Of a stretch of DNA of 64,000 nt, positions 1 to 13,073 are shown in pieces. Below the pieces are notes generated by a model that saw nothing but the letters and a program-made list of their open reading frames with translations, made no database searches and was not told where the DNA came from. Location: contig CM119371.1 in assembly GCA_051294905.1 (NCBI GenBank), forward strand, positions 17,610,001-17,674,000. Direction: 5' to 3'. This DNA comes from Botryllus schlosseri. Lineage: Eukaryota. Made by a program: the position numbers and the translations under genes. Positions within the stretch are counted from its first letter, which is position 1. The number at the start of each line of letters is the position of its first letter.

Positions 1-2171
1 CAATCGGGATGAGAGAGAAAGAGAGAGAGCTCAAACATGCCTAAAATATTTCGTGAATAAACATAAATTATAGAGTATATTTTGGTAGAAATATTAAACT
101 TGAAAATTTTCTTTGCACTGCCTGCGATTTAATTCCACTACATGCAGATTTAAATATGAGTACTACCCTATTTCCAAAGAAAATACAATATATTATAATT
201 TATAGAACTATAAATAGCCGTTTTTGGGCCGCCCATTACCGCGCCGCTACACTTTAAGACAGGGGTTCTCAGCCCTTCCTTGGCCGTGGCCCATTTTTCG
301 GTTTGAAAATGTGCGGTGGCCCACCTCTAATCTTAAAGTCATAATCCTGCTCAATGCGTGGTAATCGACGGCGACGATATGCCTATTTCTCTAAAATATG
401 CGCATTTTTCCCCTTATTTACTGCTGAAATTAAAATATAAACGTGTCGGGGCATGAAGTCGCGCGAAGCGCGACGATAATTTTCAACATATTTCAACAGA
501 TTTTCAACAATCTTCCAACAAACGACCAACGAAATAATCTTGGGTCCATTCTAGCTCCCCCAATTGGGGGTTTGGGTGCGGCAGTTACGGCTCTAATATC
601 TCTTCAAGTATCGGTATAAATTATTCGAAGCATAAAGCAACGACAATGCAGCCTATGCAAGTAGCTATCACATACCACAATTTACCGGAAAATAAATAAG
701 TAAGGGAATGTATTTGCTCCGCATTACGTATTGGCCGTCGCTACTATACATTTCCTACAAGACAGTCAAGACTGTTGTATTTCGAAATCGATAGCGCGTT
801 TCACTGTGCTACGATTGTCTAATTGTTAGCGAATAGTGCATGAGGCAGATTCGTTTGTGCCTCACCTGGCCATTGTTTCTCTGCGATGGCATTGTCTGTA
901 ATAAAGCGGAATGTCATCTTCCTTTGCGATTTTGAGGGGGTTCTGCGAGTATGACACTGCTAATATTTGGATTTTCGGAATCAGTGCGTGACGATAGCAT
1001 TTGATTGATACCGGTTGTTATGAATTCCGAGCTATTGATGATGAATTGCTTTGTCGCAGGTGAGGCACGACCGCCCGTGCCTCACCTGTGCCTCAACTCT
1101 CCTTTCGCGTTGTATTTTTGAATAATAATTGTGCAAACTGATGATGTTGTTTGAAAAAATGTTCAAATTTAGTTATTTATGAACATCGATGTAAAATATC
1201 AATAATCATCGATCGACTCATGTAGGGTTTACACAATTTTCACTTACTCGCCCTGACAATAGGTGAGGCACTGCCTCACCTGCCTCATTGGACCGCACGT
1301 CACTGATAAACACGCGTGCATTGGAGGTAAATCGCGCAAAGTGCGAATTTTTTTTCAGTTGACCGCTTCTTCGCATCCCTCTTCAGATGCTTTCACGCCC
1401 CCCAGGTTGAGAACCACTGACGTATACCATAGGGAATGGTTGAATGAAACCCTCGAGGTCGTCGGCGGTTCAATCATAGTGTCCTAAATAGTGTGGGCAC
1501 CGCGAGATTGACGGGCTCACTGCATTTGGATTAATTAATACTTTCAATTTGGCTAATGGTAATTTAACGGCCTTTTTTGACTGACGCTTATTTGATGAAC
1601 GGGTATCAATGGAAAGCTGTTGCTGCACTGAATACGAAAGTATATATTCATCCCCTTTTCCTTTAAATCAGCCTCGAATTCTCCAATTTGATGGTGTTTG
1701 ACTTCATTGTGATGCAGCAATGCTGTCTGGTTCTTTCTCTTAAGCGGCAATCTCGTTATTCCAGACAGCATGGTTGCGTCATAATGTCAAACTCCGTCGC
1801 AATGCAAAATTCATGGCCGATTTTAGAGGGTTCCGGGTCCATGAGCAATATTATTCACTATCCTCAATTTGGATATAGAATTGATGCGCCGTGGAATACA
1901 GTTTTTGCTTTTGGCTCGGCCATACATAATCTTTTCTGCTTCTTATTTGGTCTCTGAAAGAATTAGCCCCTGTGATTCATGGCGGGTAGTGATTCGGAAA
2001 ACCGAGCAATCGTGCCAGAAGCAGACCAAAGTTTCAATAATGAGAAAGTCGATTTCTGACAAAGCTTCATTTCATTCTATGTGCCGTCTGGTTCGCGAAT
2101 TGGATTCGCATGCTGATGGCCGTACAAATTATGACACTTCCACAAGTTGTAAACTCCCAATCTTAGTATAG

Positions 2172-2530
2172 TAGGCTTACCATATATATTGGAAATCTAA
2201 AAAGAGGATACTTTTTCAGAAATTTGAGACTTGCAAAACCAGATAAGAGTTCTCAAAAATCGGTGAATCTTTCCCACTCAGAGCTCAAAATAAAAATAAA
2301 ATAAAAAAAGGTCATCTTTCAGCCCAGAGCTCAAAATAGCGTTTTTCGTTCCAAAATACCCTCCGGAGCGTCACTTCTGTACTACTAATTTACGGCATAT
2401 CACTCGCAATTTGTTCTAAATCTGGCATAAATTTTCACAAAATAGGACAAAAGGCCGTCCTCCGAGGACACTTTCCAAAAAGTCAAAAAATAGGACAAAT
2501 CCTCTTAAAAGAGGACGTATGGTAAGCCTA
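2172..2530. mobile_element. MITE, hAT-Blackjack-like (TAGG termini)
   Basis: TIR TAGGCTTACCATA...TATGGTAAGCCTA; GGACA/TCC subterminal motifs; direct repeat GTATAG on both flanks. Confidence 0.6.
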
Positions 2531-3331
2531 GTATAGCCTACCCAACTTCGTGAAATTATTTAGTGCACTTTACTCGAAAGAAGACTCAAGGCTTTTCACG
2601 TGAGAGAGGATATTTGGTCGTAACTGTTCGGTGAATTTGGTGTGTTTGCAATCCCAATACGCCAGACAGAAGAACCGTGAAATGTTCATCAACTTGCACG
2701 TGTCTTCTAATCGCCGCTGGCAATGTCTCACGGAAACCCACTTAGAACCGCTGCTGTATACCCATAGTGTAGTGATGACATGGATAACAGTTTATCTATA
2801 TCCGCATACGATCTATTCAAAAGTGATATACTGTGAACTGTGAATGCTGTATCATGTATTGGTCTGTGTATATATCGTGCTGTATCCACAATGAGCAATG
2901 TCTCAATGTTTGTAGTGTAGCCTCGTCTCTTATTATCTGTTTATTTTAACTTTAGATGATAACACTTTGTGTTCTTCTACAGGTGGTGGCTGTGTACTAC
3001 ATTGTCACCTGCTGGTGCCACCGTGCCAGCGGTGCGTACCGATCTTCATTACTGTGACGAAATTAATGAATCTCTCTACTATGTTCCATATTTAAGATTT
3101 AAAGTAAAGATTTCGTGCCCTCATCGAAGTCCGAATGCGACATGGACTCAAACTTATTGCAAATTAATCATTAAATTATTAGTAACCTAATTGAAATCCA
3201 ACAAAATTTGAAAGTTGCTTATCCAAATCCGTAAAACATCTTCGAATACGTTTAATAGAATCCTAATTAGGACTTGGTTCTGCTAGTTTATTAGTTTATA
3301 ACATATATAGTATTGTGGTACAAGCCATGCA

Positions 3332-3930
3332 GCAAGGACCGTAACTGCCCCACCCAAACACCCCAATTGGAGGGCCCGAGCTCGAAGGGGGCCCAAATTA
3401 ATTTCGTGAATCGATATAAATTATACAACATTTTTTTAAGGCAACTTTATTCATTTTTTTTGCGCTAGGCGCGAGTTATTGTAGCCGGATATCTCGCTCT
3501 TTGAGTACCCTTCTCCCAAGAAAAAATACTCATGATTTATATAAATGGGCATTTCGACGTCGGTCATTACTGCGCCACGACTCACCAAGACATAACGACG
3601 TTTTAGGTCATGTAACATGCGACTCCGAGAAGTGTGCCACAACGATCGGCAGCGGGAAAACGTTGTCCGAAAAAGACGGGTTTATTCTTATTGAAAACGT
3701 CGATACATCTACTTATATGTTTGATTTTCCATGGGCGGTTAAATGGCTGTCGCCTAATGTCCCCCAGAAGTCATCTCACAGAGAAAAAATATTTACCAGT
3801 GAAGAAATACCGATTCGAAATCGTGTGTGTGTGATTTAGTGTAGCCTATAGTGATTTAGTACGTTTGGGTAATTTCAATATCTTTTGACATAGCAGACAG
3901 GAGGTCACGAAAGGACATCATGTACGAAGT
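3332..3930 (-). mobile_element. Truncated copy of hAT-type non-autonomous family A
   Basis: Begins CAAGGACCGTAACTGCC and is the reverse complement of the right half of the element at 8829-10118. Confidence 0.7.
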
Positions 3931-5116
3931 CCATTGAAAAAAATTCAAATCCCAATCCAATCCAAATCTGTACAAATTTTACAAATCCTTGTTTCCTCAA
4001 TCCTAATCAAAATCCATGCTTATTGCTCATCTCTGCCCCTTCACGCTCGCGAGCGCCCCCAGGATTCGCTGGCGCCCACTTTGGAAACCGCTGCAGTATG
4101 TCAACAACATATTGAGCAATGGTTCAATATAGGTACTAGGCGGCGGATAGATGTAAGAGAAATAATTGTTCCATTCCAGCATTCGATAAATAGCTTTCTA
4201 AGATAACCGCTTCCGCTTCCGTCTGCGATATCAGGAACATCAGTTTTGTGATAAAATATGTTAATATGTCTGTGTATATTGTTCTTAGTAAAAAATGTTT
4301 GCTCGCTTGAAGTATAAGAAAGATTATATAATCATAATACAAATATTTGTGGAATACATTATACATGTGTATATCATTTTTCATATCCTAGGACGTGTCA
4401 GTCGTGTAGCCTGTGATGAAGAATAGCTTCCGGTATATCGTGTAATGAGATTAACTACGCTAATGAATATAATGTCAGATCATCATCATCATAATCTTTT
4501 ATCTTCCTTAATACATAGAAGCTATAACTGTAGCATATTTGCTACAGGTTAAGATATGGACATGGGAACACTACAGATTCCCACTTCCGTTCCGACATCC
4601 CTCCTTCTTCCTCCAAATAAGAGTAACATGTTTGCAAGTTGTTCGTTTCCCATGGGAAACTATCGAAATATAGATGCAGCTAAGAACACATTTAAGTCTG
4701 AAAATGATGTGAAAATCCTTTATTGGAGAAGTGCCACGACCTGTGCGGAACTGCTGTTTATGGTGATTTGCAATGTCATGTAGAATGTCCCACGAAATTC
4801 AATGTGGCTTTCGTTATTGTATAATCGAAAAAGCTATAATTCGCTATGACACCATCAATCCACAAATCGAGAGAGATTTAAAAGACATTTTCATTATTGA
4901 AACTTGATTTAGTTAAGTCAGGTAAGTCCCCGCAGTGCAAAACAGTTTGGTCGATGATGATATCAGAAATCCTCTGCACATATATATATATATATGTTAT
5001 GCAACTGATGAATTCGAATCACCGTCACTACTGAATCATGCCCCCTTTTTCCAAAACGAAAACGTGATTGAACAATTAAATTTAGAAGATCGTAACAAAT
5101 ATCGCCTATAGGTACT

Positions 5117-5279
5117 ATGAATCCGCTGGTGTTGTTTATTACTGGAGCTTTAGTCATTGCAAATTTGGTCGTCGCGTTACCGAGCAATGATAATAATCAA
5201 TTCCCGACAACTGAAGAAGTAATGAAAAGACTTTCCGACTTGGAATACCGCCTCAGTTTGAAAATACTACAAGAAACTG
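5117..5279 (+). CDS. Secreted C-type lectin, coding exon 1 (signal peptide plus short helical segment)
   Basis: MNPLVLFITGALVIANLVVALP is a hydrophobic signal peptide; donor G|GTAAGG at 5280 is phase 1 and compatible with the next exon. Confidence 0.8.
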
Positions 5280-5459
5280 GTAAGGGAAACTGTGCCTGTG
5301 TTTTTCAATCGTATTGTTCCTTGTCTAACTCCTCCATGTGAAATTCCGATTTTATGCAACAAAAGAAGAACCAATCCGTTTATGTATTTCGATATCTGCA
5401 TTGATCATTATTTAATACCCGACAAAGGAATTCTGCTAACTCGATCTCATTGTGCGCAG

Positions 5460-5695
5460 ATAAATGTGCACTTGAACGCAATGGTACTTGCTATTTCGTC
5501 TTATTCTATCATCCCGACAAAGTCAATGAGGATGCCGCAAGATTGGCGTGCGAAAAACGAGGTGCTGAGGTTGGCAACATCTATTCGGAGGATCACTACA
5601 ATTGGGTTATGGACTACGTAAGACCGTATATAGCTGCAAGAAATGATGGGAGCCCGCAAGTAGGATTGAGGACCGGCATGACATACGATCCCAAG
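5460..5695 (+). CDS. Secreted C-type lectin, coding exon 2 (N-terminal half of the CTLD)
   Basis: Branch-like GCTAAC and acceptor CGCAG|; encodes DKCALERNGTCYFVL...AARLACEKRGAEVGNIYSEDHY...LRTGMTYDPK, matching the CTLD pattern C-x-CY-x-A-C-x-LA-I; donor AAG|GTAAG at 5696 is phase 0; the following exon was not found. Confidence 0.85.
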
Positions 5696-6520
5696 GTAAG
5701 AATAAGTGCCATTTTATAAAAATAAACATGCACACAGCTGCATGCCGCCATGAAGTAGAAACATCGAAACGAGATGTCAATAGTCTACATCAAATGCATG
5801 AAATTGGCACGGTCTTGATGATATTCAATACTTAGTCATCGTCACTCAATGCAAAATATTGCTGTCAGACTTGGGCGATAGATATATTTGCTAGGTAAAT
5901 TAAATAAACGTAAATAAAAATAATGAAAAATCAAATATTATGATGCGAAATTGATTTTCGTTTCATATTAAGAGTCGCACCCGATCGTTGGCAATGCTGA
6001 ATAACAGCTAAGGTTTCAATATTTGGTCAAATTTGTCGTGAGTTATTCTAATTTTGTTTGCAAATATTCATCCACCTGAGGCGGGTATGAGGCAAATGGT
6101 GTTGCTATCAGCGAGTTCGCCATTGACAGCATGATGCGGTTGGCGATAATAACGTGTTGCACTGGAATCTGACTGGGACTGACTGATATGCGGGTGGGTC
6201 ACATGCAACCCACGTGTGTGTGCGCCTGGTTCAGTAATCTGACTGTACCATGCGGGGATCTAGATGTATACTTTCACTTCAAAATGTGATTATATAAGCG
6301 GTAACGAGTTTTCTAAAATAAACTACTTCCGAATGGATTACCTAATAAAGCTGTGCCATTTAAACATAAACATAACAATGCCTTGCAAAGTCCGCGTATA
6401 ATTCAACAGTGTACGTCCAACCTATAAAGGGAATTCTTGTTATAAGATAGCTTTATTTACCATGGGTTTAACCACAATTTTATTTGCCTTTTCCGAATCT
6501 AGATTCCAATTCGAAAAGTT

Positions 6521-6793
6521 TTAGTTTTGTTTGATATTCATGGTGATTCAATCACATTGGTCATTTTACAACAGGCCTATAATATGTTATTTGTGATTCC
6601 GTATTTCGCGACCTGTAGCACGGCCCACTTCTAGGCTTTTATGAGACACCGCTTACGCGGATCACGTGGCGAACAGTATCTTAGATAAACCTCAAATACT
6701 TGGATAGGAATTCTGGCGTCTACCTCTGTCCGACTAGAACCCCCAACCCATTGGTGTTGTAGCTTTGGATCATACCATTGCGCTATCTCGTCA
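6521..6793 (-). mobile_element. tRNA-derived SINE (older copy)
   Basis: Minus strand has an A-box-like TAGCGCAATGG and a degenerate B-box GGTTCTAGTC; body homologous to 15679-15976; degenerate (AAAC)n tail. Confidence 0.65.
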
Positions 6794-7318
6794 ATCTCCA
6801 GTTCCAAACTAATGTATGGTTTACTTCTATTATCATTTATAGTCTCAAATCGTTTACCTTTCGGACGGCACCAAGGCACCATTTGTGCATTGGGAAGCGG
6901 GCTATCCTCGATCAGGCTCCGACGAAACGACCATACTCATTCACGTGTACCCCGAAGGATCGCAGTATAACGGGATGTTTAACAGGAAATCTTCGACTAC
7001 AGGTTTCGCGGCGCTCTGTCAAATAGATGTTTAGAATGCATGGAATCTTGCAAAAAAATTGTCGAAAAATCAATTAGTGCCATAATTATCCGAATAAAAC
7101 GATGCATTGAGTTATATGCAGGCATGGCCCTGGGGGGTTCCGGGCTCGGGGTGCAGGGTGGAGGTAGTATGACGCTGCAGCTTCTCCAAACATTTGTGTG
7201 CTAACTTTGTTTGGAAATTTGAGGAATTTGTGCTTTCACATTATGCAGCAATGAGGATTCTCATTGCAAAGTATGAATGTTCTACTAGCACTAGCTACTC
7301 GCGTTGGGATTTCTAGTC

Positions 7319-8161
7319 TAGGGTTACCATATTTCAGCAACCCAAATTCCGGACACTCCTTAGCGCCCACTAGTGGATTTCAAAATGAGTTATGACGTCA
7401 CACTAGCAAAGCTTTGCTCAGAGACCAGAGGTGCTCACGATCCGGTTCAGGAGTATGTGGCTTTATGTTGTCTAGCCGGGACCGTAAGCACATGATTTCA
7501 GCCCCCTCTTGCCCAAATATGCAATGGTTTTGACCCACACTATAGGGTAATCACTGCAACTTCTGGACGGGGTGCTTGCTATATGAATCTGGTTTCTATA
7601 TGCGTCTGGTCGTTAAATTATTTGAACGAATTCTGTCAATTATAATGGTCGTTTCATATATTACTATGTATACACTACTCTCCTCTCACGTGATCACAGT
7701 TAGCGGTAGAGCTGGTGGATGATGATGAGTTCGAAAATACGGGGAGCGTAATTGCACATCGTTAAGTTCTGTTCGTTTTCATGTCCTACCGATAAGATTG
7801 TTTATCAGCCTTATGTCGGTGCGCACCACGGATCCTTATAAACACCCCCCATCCAGTGGTTTGCAGTGGTTTGGTTTTATTTATATTTTATTGTAGTTTT
7901 TTCGAGGGTCGTAGTAGTCACCATATTAAAATCAAAAAATGTAATAGTAAATCGCACGCAACGCGAAGAAAAATCTCATGCATATGTATAAATATTCCCC
8001 AAAAATTATAGTTTTATACTGATTTACGACAATGTTATGAGCCTACGTCAAGTCTTCAAAATTCCGGACAATTGGCATATTTTAGAAATTCCTCCCAGAC
8101 GCTAGCTCGAACAGTGAAATTCCGGATATGTCCGGGAAATTCCGGACGTATGGCAACCCTA
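7319..8161. mobile_element. Non-autonomous hAT (Blackjack-like) element
   Basis: TIR TAGGGTTACCATA...TATGGCAACCCTA; TCCGGA subterminal motifs; flanks TTCTAGTC and GCCTAGTC. Confidence 0.65.
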
Positions 8162-8397
8162 GCCTAGTCAAGTCACAGAGATCGGTACCACGCAAAATGC
8201 TTGGAGAGTCATCGCCAGTATGGTTCGACGAGACGATCAATGACGTCACAATCAGAACGAGACGTTATTCGGTCATTGTGTTCCAGCACTCCGATTGTTC
8301 TTGGACATTGCTAATTTCTTATTTTGGGGCCGATTTTGGGATGGATGATTCACTAATCCGAAGAGATTAGAAAATAAATGTTCGGAATTGCTTAGAC

Positions 8398-10369
8398 CAG
8401 TGGTTCCCTACCTTTTTCGGTGGCAGTGCCAAATTTCGAATTTTAGAGTATGGTCGGGGCCGCACGAATACCAGGGCAATGAAAGGAACCCAGAATAGTC
8501 ACCAAAATATGAAAATTCGCATTGTTCCGATCATTCGCTTGACGCCATTGGCCATTGTGTTGCCGCGCTCCCGTTGTTCAGAACAATCAATCTTTGCTGG
8601 CTATTTCGAAGTAGTTTTATTGACCTGGCGAGATTTCAATTCGTATTTTTGGGTCAGTGCGACACCTCCTTTCGATAAACACCGTCATATCAGATTATTC
8701 GAACGCTTGGATCGCGAGCTATAGGTCTACCTATTATGCTGTTTTTGCCGGCTAAGCAGTACGCATCTCGGCGTATTCAATCGTGAGTCACTTGTTGCAC
8801 ATCTATCCGTTAATTAGTTATCAATACCCAGGGCCGTAACAGCACTTCGTCAGCCCCCTCCCCAAACATTGCTCTTGTCCCCCCCCTCAGGCTAGATGGC
8901 TGTTAACCGCTATTTATCATCTAAATCGGGTGTCCGTTTTACGCAGCTTCCCTCGACTAATCGAGCGGGGTGCGAAAAATTTATATAATTCATGATTGCA
9001 TCGGTCAATATAATCGGGAATTGAAAATATATTGGTATCAATTTTACCCTCTCTTTTCTCACGTAATCAGATTGACCGGTTGAGCCGAGTGAGTTGTGTT
9101 TGAAAAGGTAGGACCACTCAATAATAATTAAATATCTTCGGACATATACACGCTAGCAGGAACGAAACAGCACTTCGTCAGGCCCCTCGAAACACTTATG
9201 TCTTGAGCTCCCATTGGGTGATAAACCGACCCCCCGTCCCGTTGTTCACTTCTGCCACGAAATCAGGATCACCGTTTAGTGAGCCAGCGTGGAACGCGAA
9301 AATTTTCGACAGTTCAAAATAAAATAGGTCAATAAGATCGGGGATTGCATATATAGGCCTATTGCTATCAATTACTTGTCCTCTCTCATCACGTAATTAG
9401 ATTTACCGGTAGAGCTGAGTGAGGTGTCTTGGAAACTGTAGGGCCCGTAAATAATAATTAAACATATTCGGACGGGCGGATCCGTTAATACGACTTCGTT
9501 ACATGATATTATTTCGTGACCTCCTGTCTGCTATATCAAAAAATATAGAATCGCCCAAACGTACTAAACTAAAAGATGCACACGATTTCAAATTGGTAGT
9601 TCTTCAATGGCATATAATTCTTCCCTGCGGGATGGTAGCCTATTTGTCTCGTGAGGTTCAGATTGCCAAGACAGAAATATTGGGGTCAGTCATTTAGGCG
9701 CCTATGGTCAATTATATCTATTGTATTTTGTATATACATAACGAAGTTTCCGGTCAGCGTAATGGCAGTCCTTTTCGGCCAAGGTTTTCTCGGTGTCGAT
9801 CGTTCTGGCACACTTTCTGGAGTCGCATGTTGTATGGCCTGAAACTTTATATGTCTTCGTGCGTCGTGACGCGGTAATGGCAAACGCCGATGTGCCCACT
9901 TCTATAAATCTTACGTATTTTATCTTGGTGGAAGAGTTTGCAATACCGACGGTACTTGGAAACTTGAAATCGCGCCCTGCGCGAAAAATTTTTGAAAAAG
10001 TTGCATGAAATTTAATAAAATACTTTATAATTCATGCTAATTCACTAAATAATTTAGGGCCCCCTTCGAGCTCGTTCCCCCCAATTGGGGGACTTGGGGT
10101 GCGGCAGTTACGGTCCTGTCAATACCTGTATCTATACCAATATCTAGGTAATGCTCGTTCAACTGGAAAGTTAGGGCACATTGCATTGAAACAGCAGTGA
10201 CGTAATCTTAGCAGTCTACTCACAACTTTCTTGCAATCCTAATTGGAAACTCCAGGCTCCGAGCCAAGCAAGAGTATTTTATAAATATTTTTTTTTCATG
10301 AATCGATTTCCCAATATTTTTGTGGGGGCCACAGAAAGGCTAGCTGGGGGCCGCGGTTGGGAATCACGT
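8398..10369. mobile_element. hAT-type MITE interrupted by family A copy 1
   Basis: CAGTGGTTCCCTACC...GGTTGGGAATCACGT; 8-bp TSD GCTTAGAC (8390-8397, 10370-10377). Confidence 0.8.
8829..10118 (+). mobile_element. Non-autonomous hAT family A, copy 1 (uninterrupted, about 1.29 kb)
   Basis: TIR CAGGGCCGTAAC...GTTACGGTCCTG; perfect 8-bp TSD TCAATACC; internal imperfect direct repeat of about 0.33 kb. Confidence 0.9.
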
Positions 10370-10662
10370 GCTTAGACTGTAGCTTACCATTAAGATTAGT
10401 TTTGCGCTAGGGTTTCAAGCTATAGGATGACCCCTTCAAGCAGTAAATGCCAGAATACGAATAAGAGAGTGACAAACGGCGACTGTATGAAGCTACGAGA
10501 GAACTGAATTCGTCTGCCGCTTTCGTGCTAGTTTGTAAAGGCTATGCCGCAACGAACCGCGGGTATAGCGCAGCACAATAATCGGTGGCGTCTTTCATAA
10601 AATGTTCAGCATGGAAATCATTAATTCGAATGCATTTCACATAAATGTCAGACTCGCCCTTA

Positions 10663-11542
10663 TTTCTGCACTTCTTTCCCAAGTCTCATTGACAGATTTA
10701 TCGTTAGCTGGCCCAGAATCGTTTCCCTACAACAGTTACGTTAATTCCCCAGCATGGTGCAGCTAACACAACAGTCCCCTGGACCGAGTCCGTAGATGAG
10801 GAGATGTGACGTGTGTGTTTTGCAACTTGCGTGGAAGAGCGGGCGGTCATAATTTATACGCGTGATACGGGTTACGTGCGTGGAGGGTTTCCATATATCA
10901 TCCGTTATTACGATTTGTCCTCCCTTTCAGGAAATCGAAAATGCCCTCCAATGACGCCTAAATATCCTCCTATTTGTAAATTCGTCCGCCGCCATAGCTT
11001 TGACCGCCAGGCTATCGAACAGGCTCAAATAAAAAACGGCATAAATGACGTTAAATCAGTAATGCGGAAGTATTAGTGGGTCATGTGGGAGTCGGACTTC
11101 TGCACTTTCTGCACTTCTTTCCCAAGTCTCATTGACAGATTTATCGTTAGCTGGCCCAGAATCGTTTCCCTACAACAGTTACGTTAATTCCCCAGCATGG
11201 TGCAGCTAACACAACAGTCCCCTGGACCGAGTCCGTAGATGAGGAGATGTGACGTGTGTGTTTTGCAACTTGCGTGGAAGAGCGGGCGGTCATAATTTAT
11301 ACGCGTGATACGGGTTACGTGCGTGGAGGGTTTCCATATATCATCCGTTATTACGATTTGTCCTCCCTTTCAGGAAATCGAAAATGCCCTCCAATGACGC
11401 CTAAATATCCTCCTATTTGTAAATTCGTCCGCCGCCATAGCTTTGACCGCCAGGCTATCGAACAGGCTCAAATAAAAAACGGCATAAATGACGTTAAATC
11501 AGTAATGCGGAAGTATTAGTGGGTCATGTGGGAGTCGGACTT
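10663..11542. repeat. Tandem duplication, period 443 bp (10663-11099 and 11106-11542)
   Basis: Copies identical by eye; identical 87-aa ORFs at 10813 and 11256; 6-bp CTGCAC junction filler. Confidence 0.95.
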
Positions 11543-11800
11543 TAAAAATGTCGATTTTGTAGTCAACACAACAAGATTTCCAGTAATGATTTTAGAATCA
11601 GCTATTTTCAAGTCTTGTAATCTAAATTTTGTGATTTGTTAAAAGTGTCCTCTTTTCCGTATTCCAAAATATGGTAACCCTATCGTGCGTGGCGTCTTAG
11701 AAATCACGTATATAAAGATTGCAGACATGTAGGACAAAATGCTGCGAAAACGACTCGTGCGTATTTTTCTATTATGTGATGGCAACTAACGATTTGGTAG

Positions 11801-13073
11801 CAGAGGTGGTCAAAGTAGTCAAGAAAGCTACTCAGGTAGAAGTAGAAGTAGCGACGAAAAAAATCTACTCAAGTACGAGTAGAAGTACTTCTTCCATAAG
11901 CAACCTAAAACTACCTGAAGTAGAAGGAGGATTTACTGACTTTAAATCTACTCCAGTAAGTAAGTGGTTGTGAAAACGATCGTAATTCGTTCGCATGGAT
12001 AGTCAGAAGGTGCAAATTGAGCTATGGCAAAGGTGCTGAGCTTGATTCATATTGATGCATACAAGGAGGTATTCAATTTTCGACAGCATGAGCATTCGTC
12101 CACATCATGGGATAAAAATGATAGTATTGATATGGAATTGCGATACTAATCCTCTGTTTTATCAAATAGCCCGTTCTAGAAAATATCAGGGTATGTCGCC
12201 CTCCCCCACATTATAAGGCTCGTGGTTTAGTCAAAGAGCAATACGGAGAAGTTGTATAGGATACGGTGGGAACACTTTGCGCGATTAGTAAACGTGAATA
12301 AAAAGATGGTGGATTGTAAAAATGCCATATTGTGTAGCTATATTTCCGGAAATTAAAGGCATTACTACGCTTGCTTTTATACTTCAACACGTATGTTATT
12401 AAGACGACAGAACTGATATTGATTAGAGTTCAAAGTATATGATACTGGGAATTGAAAGTGAAATATAAATACTACTTCTAAAAGCGGAATATGTATTTCA
12501 TGTCTGAAGACAGAAAGTTTCAAATGCGGTATGCTAAAGCAGCTCTAAAACTAAAAAAGTCAGAGTTCACTTTTCCAGATTAGGACACACCACGGACTGC
12601 TAGATTACGATATGATAATTAAATGCTAGATTGCGAAACATCAGTTTCAAACGTCATGATGAGTCATGTATACTGTGGTGAAATATTTCATATGGGCAAA
12701 GGGTGACAATGCGGTGTGAACGGAACCACGCCAACCCGCTACCCAAATTATATTCACCGATACTTTCGTGAAATGCACTGAGCGCGAAGCGCGACGAAAA
12801 TTTTTGGCTTTACTCAACTCTGATGAAAATAAAAAGTTGATACTCCGTGAAAACATCCCCGAAATTCCTCATGCTATCTTCCTCATTGTAGGATTGAACT
12901 ACTTCTACTTGACAAACTGAAAATAGCGAAAAGTAAGTAAGTAGATCACAAAAAATTACGAAGTAGAAGTAGAAGTAGCGAAAATCAGATCTACTTGAGT
13001 AAGTAACAGAAGTAGATAAAAGCTACTTGGTTACTTCGAAAAAGTAGAAGTACTTCGTTACTGACCACCTCTG
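11801..13073. mobile_element. Non-autonomous hAT element with AGTA-rich subtermini
   Basis: TIR CAGAGGTGGTCA...TGACCACCTCTG; perfect 8-bp TSD TTTGGTAG; AGTAGAAGTA repeats at both ends; related fragment at about 63300-63578. Confidence 0.9.

Noticed and set aside
260..1419. Single hAT MITE bounded by CAGGGGTTCTCA...TGAGAACCACTG
   Set aside because: The flanking 8-mers do not match and the interior is a patchwork of fragments; likely old nested remnants with unresolved boundaries.
10696..11519. Duplicated segment as lectin exon 3, or the 87-aa ORFs as genes
   Set aside because: The phase-0 frame after the GACAG acceptor stops after three codons, and no CTLD motifs occur in any frame.
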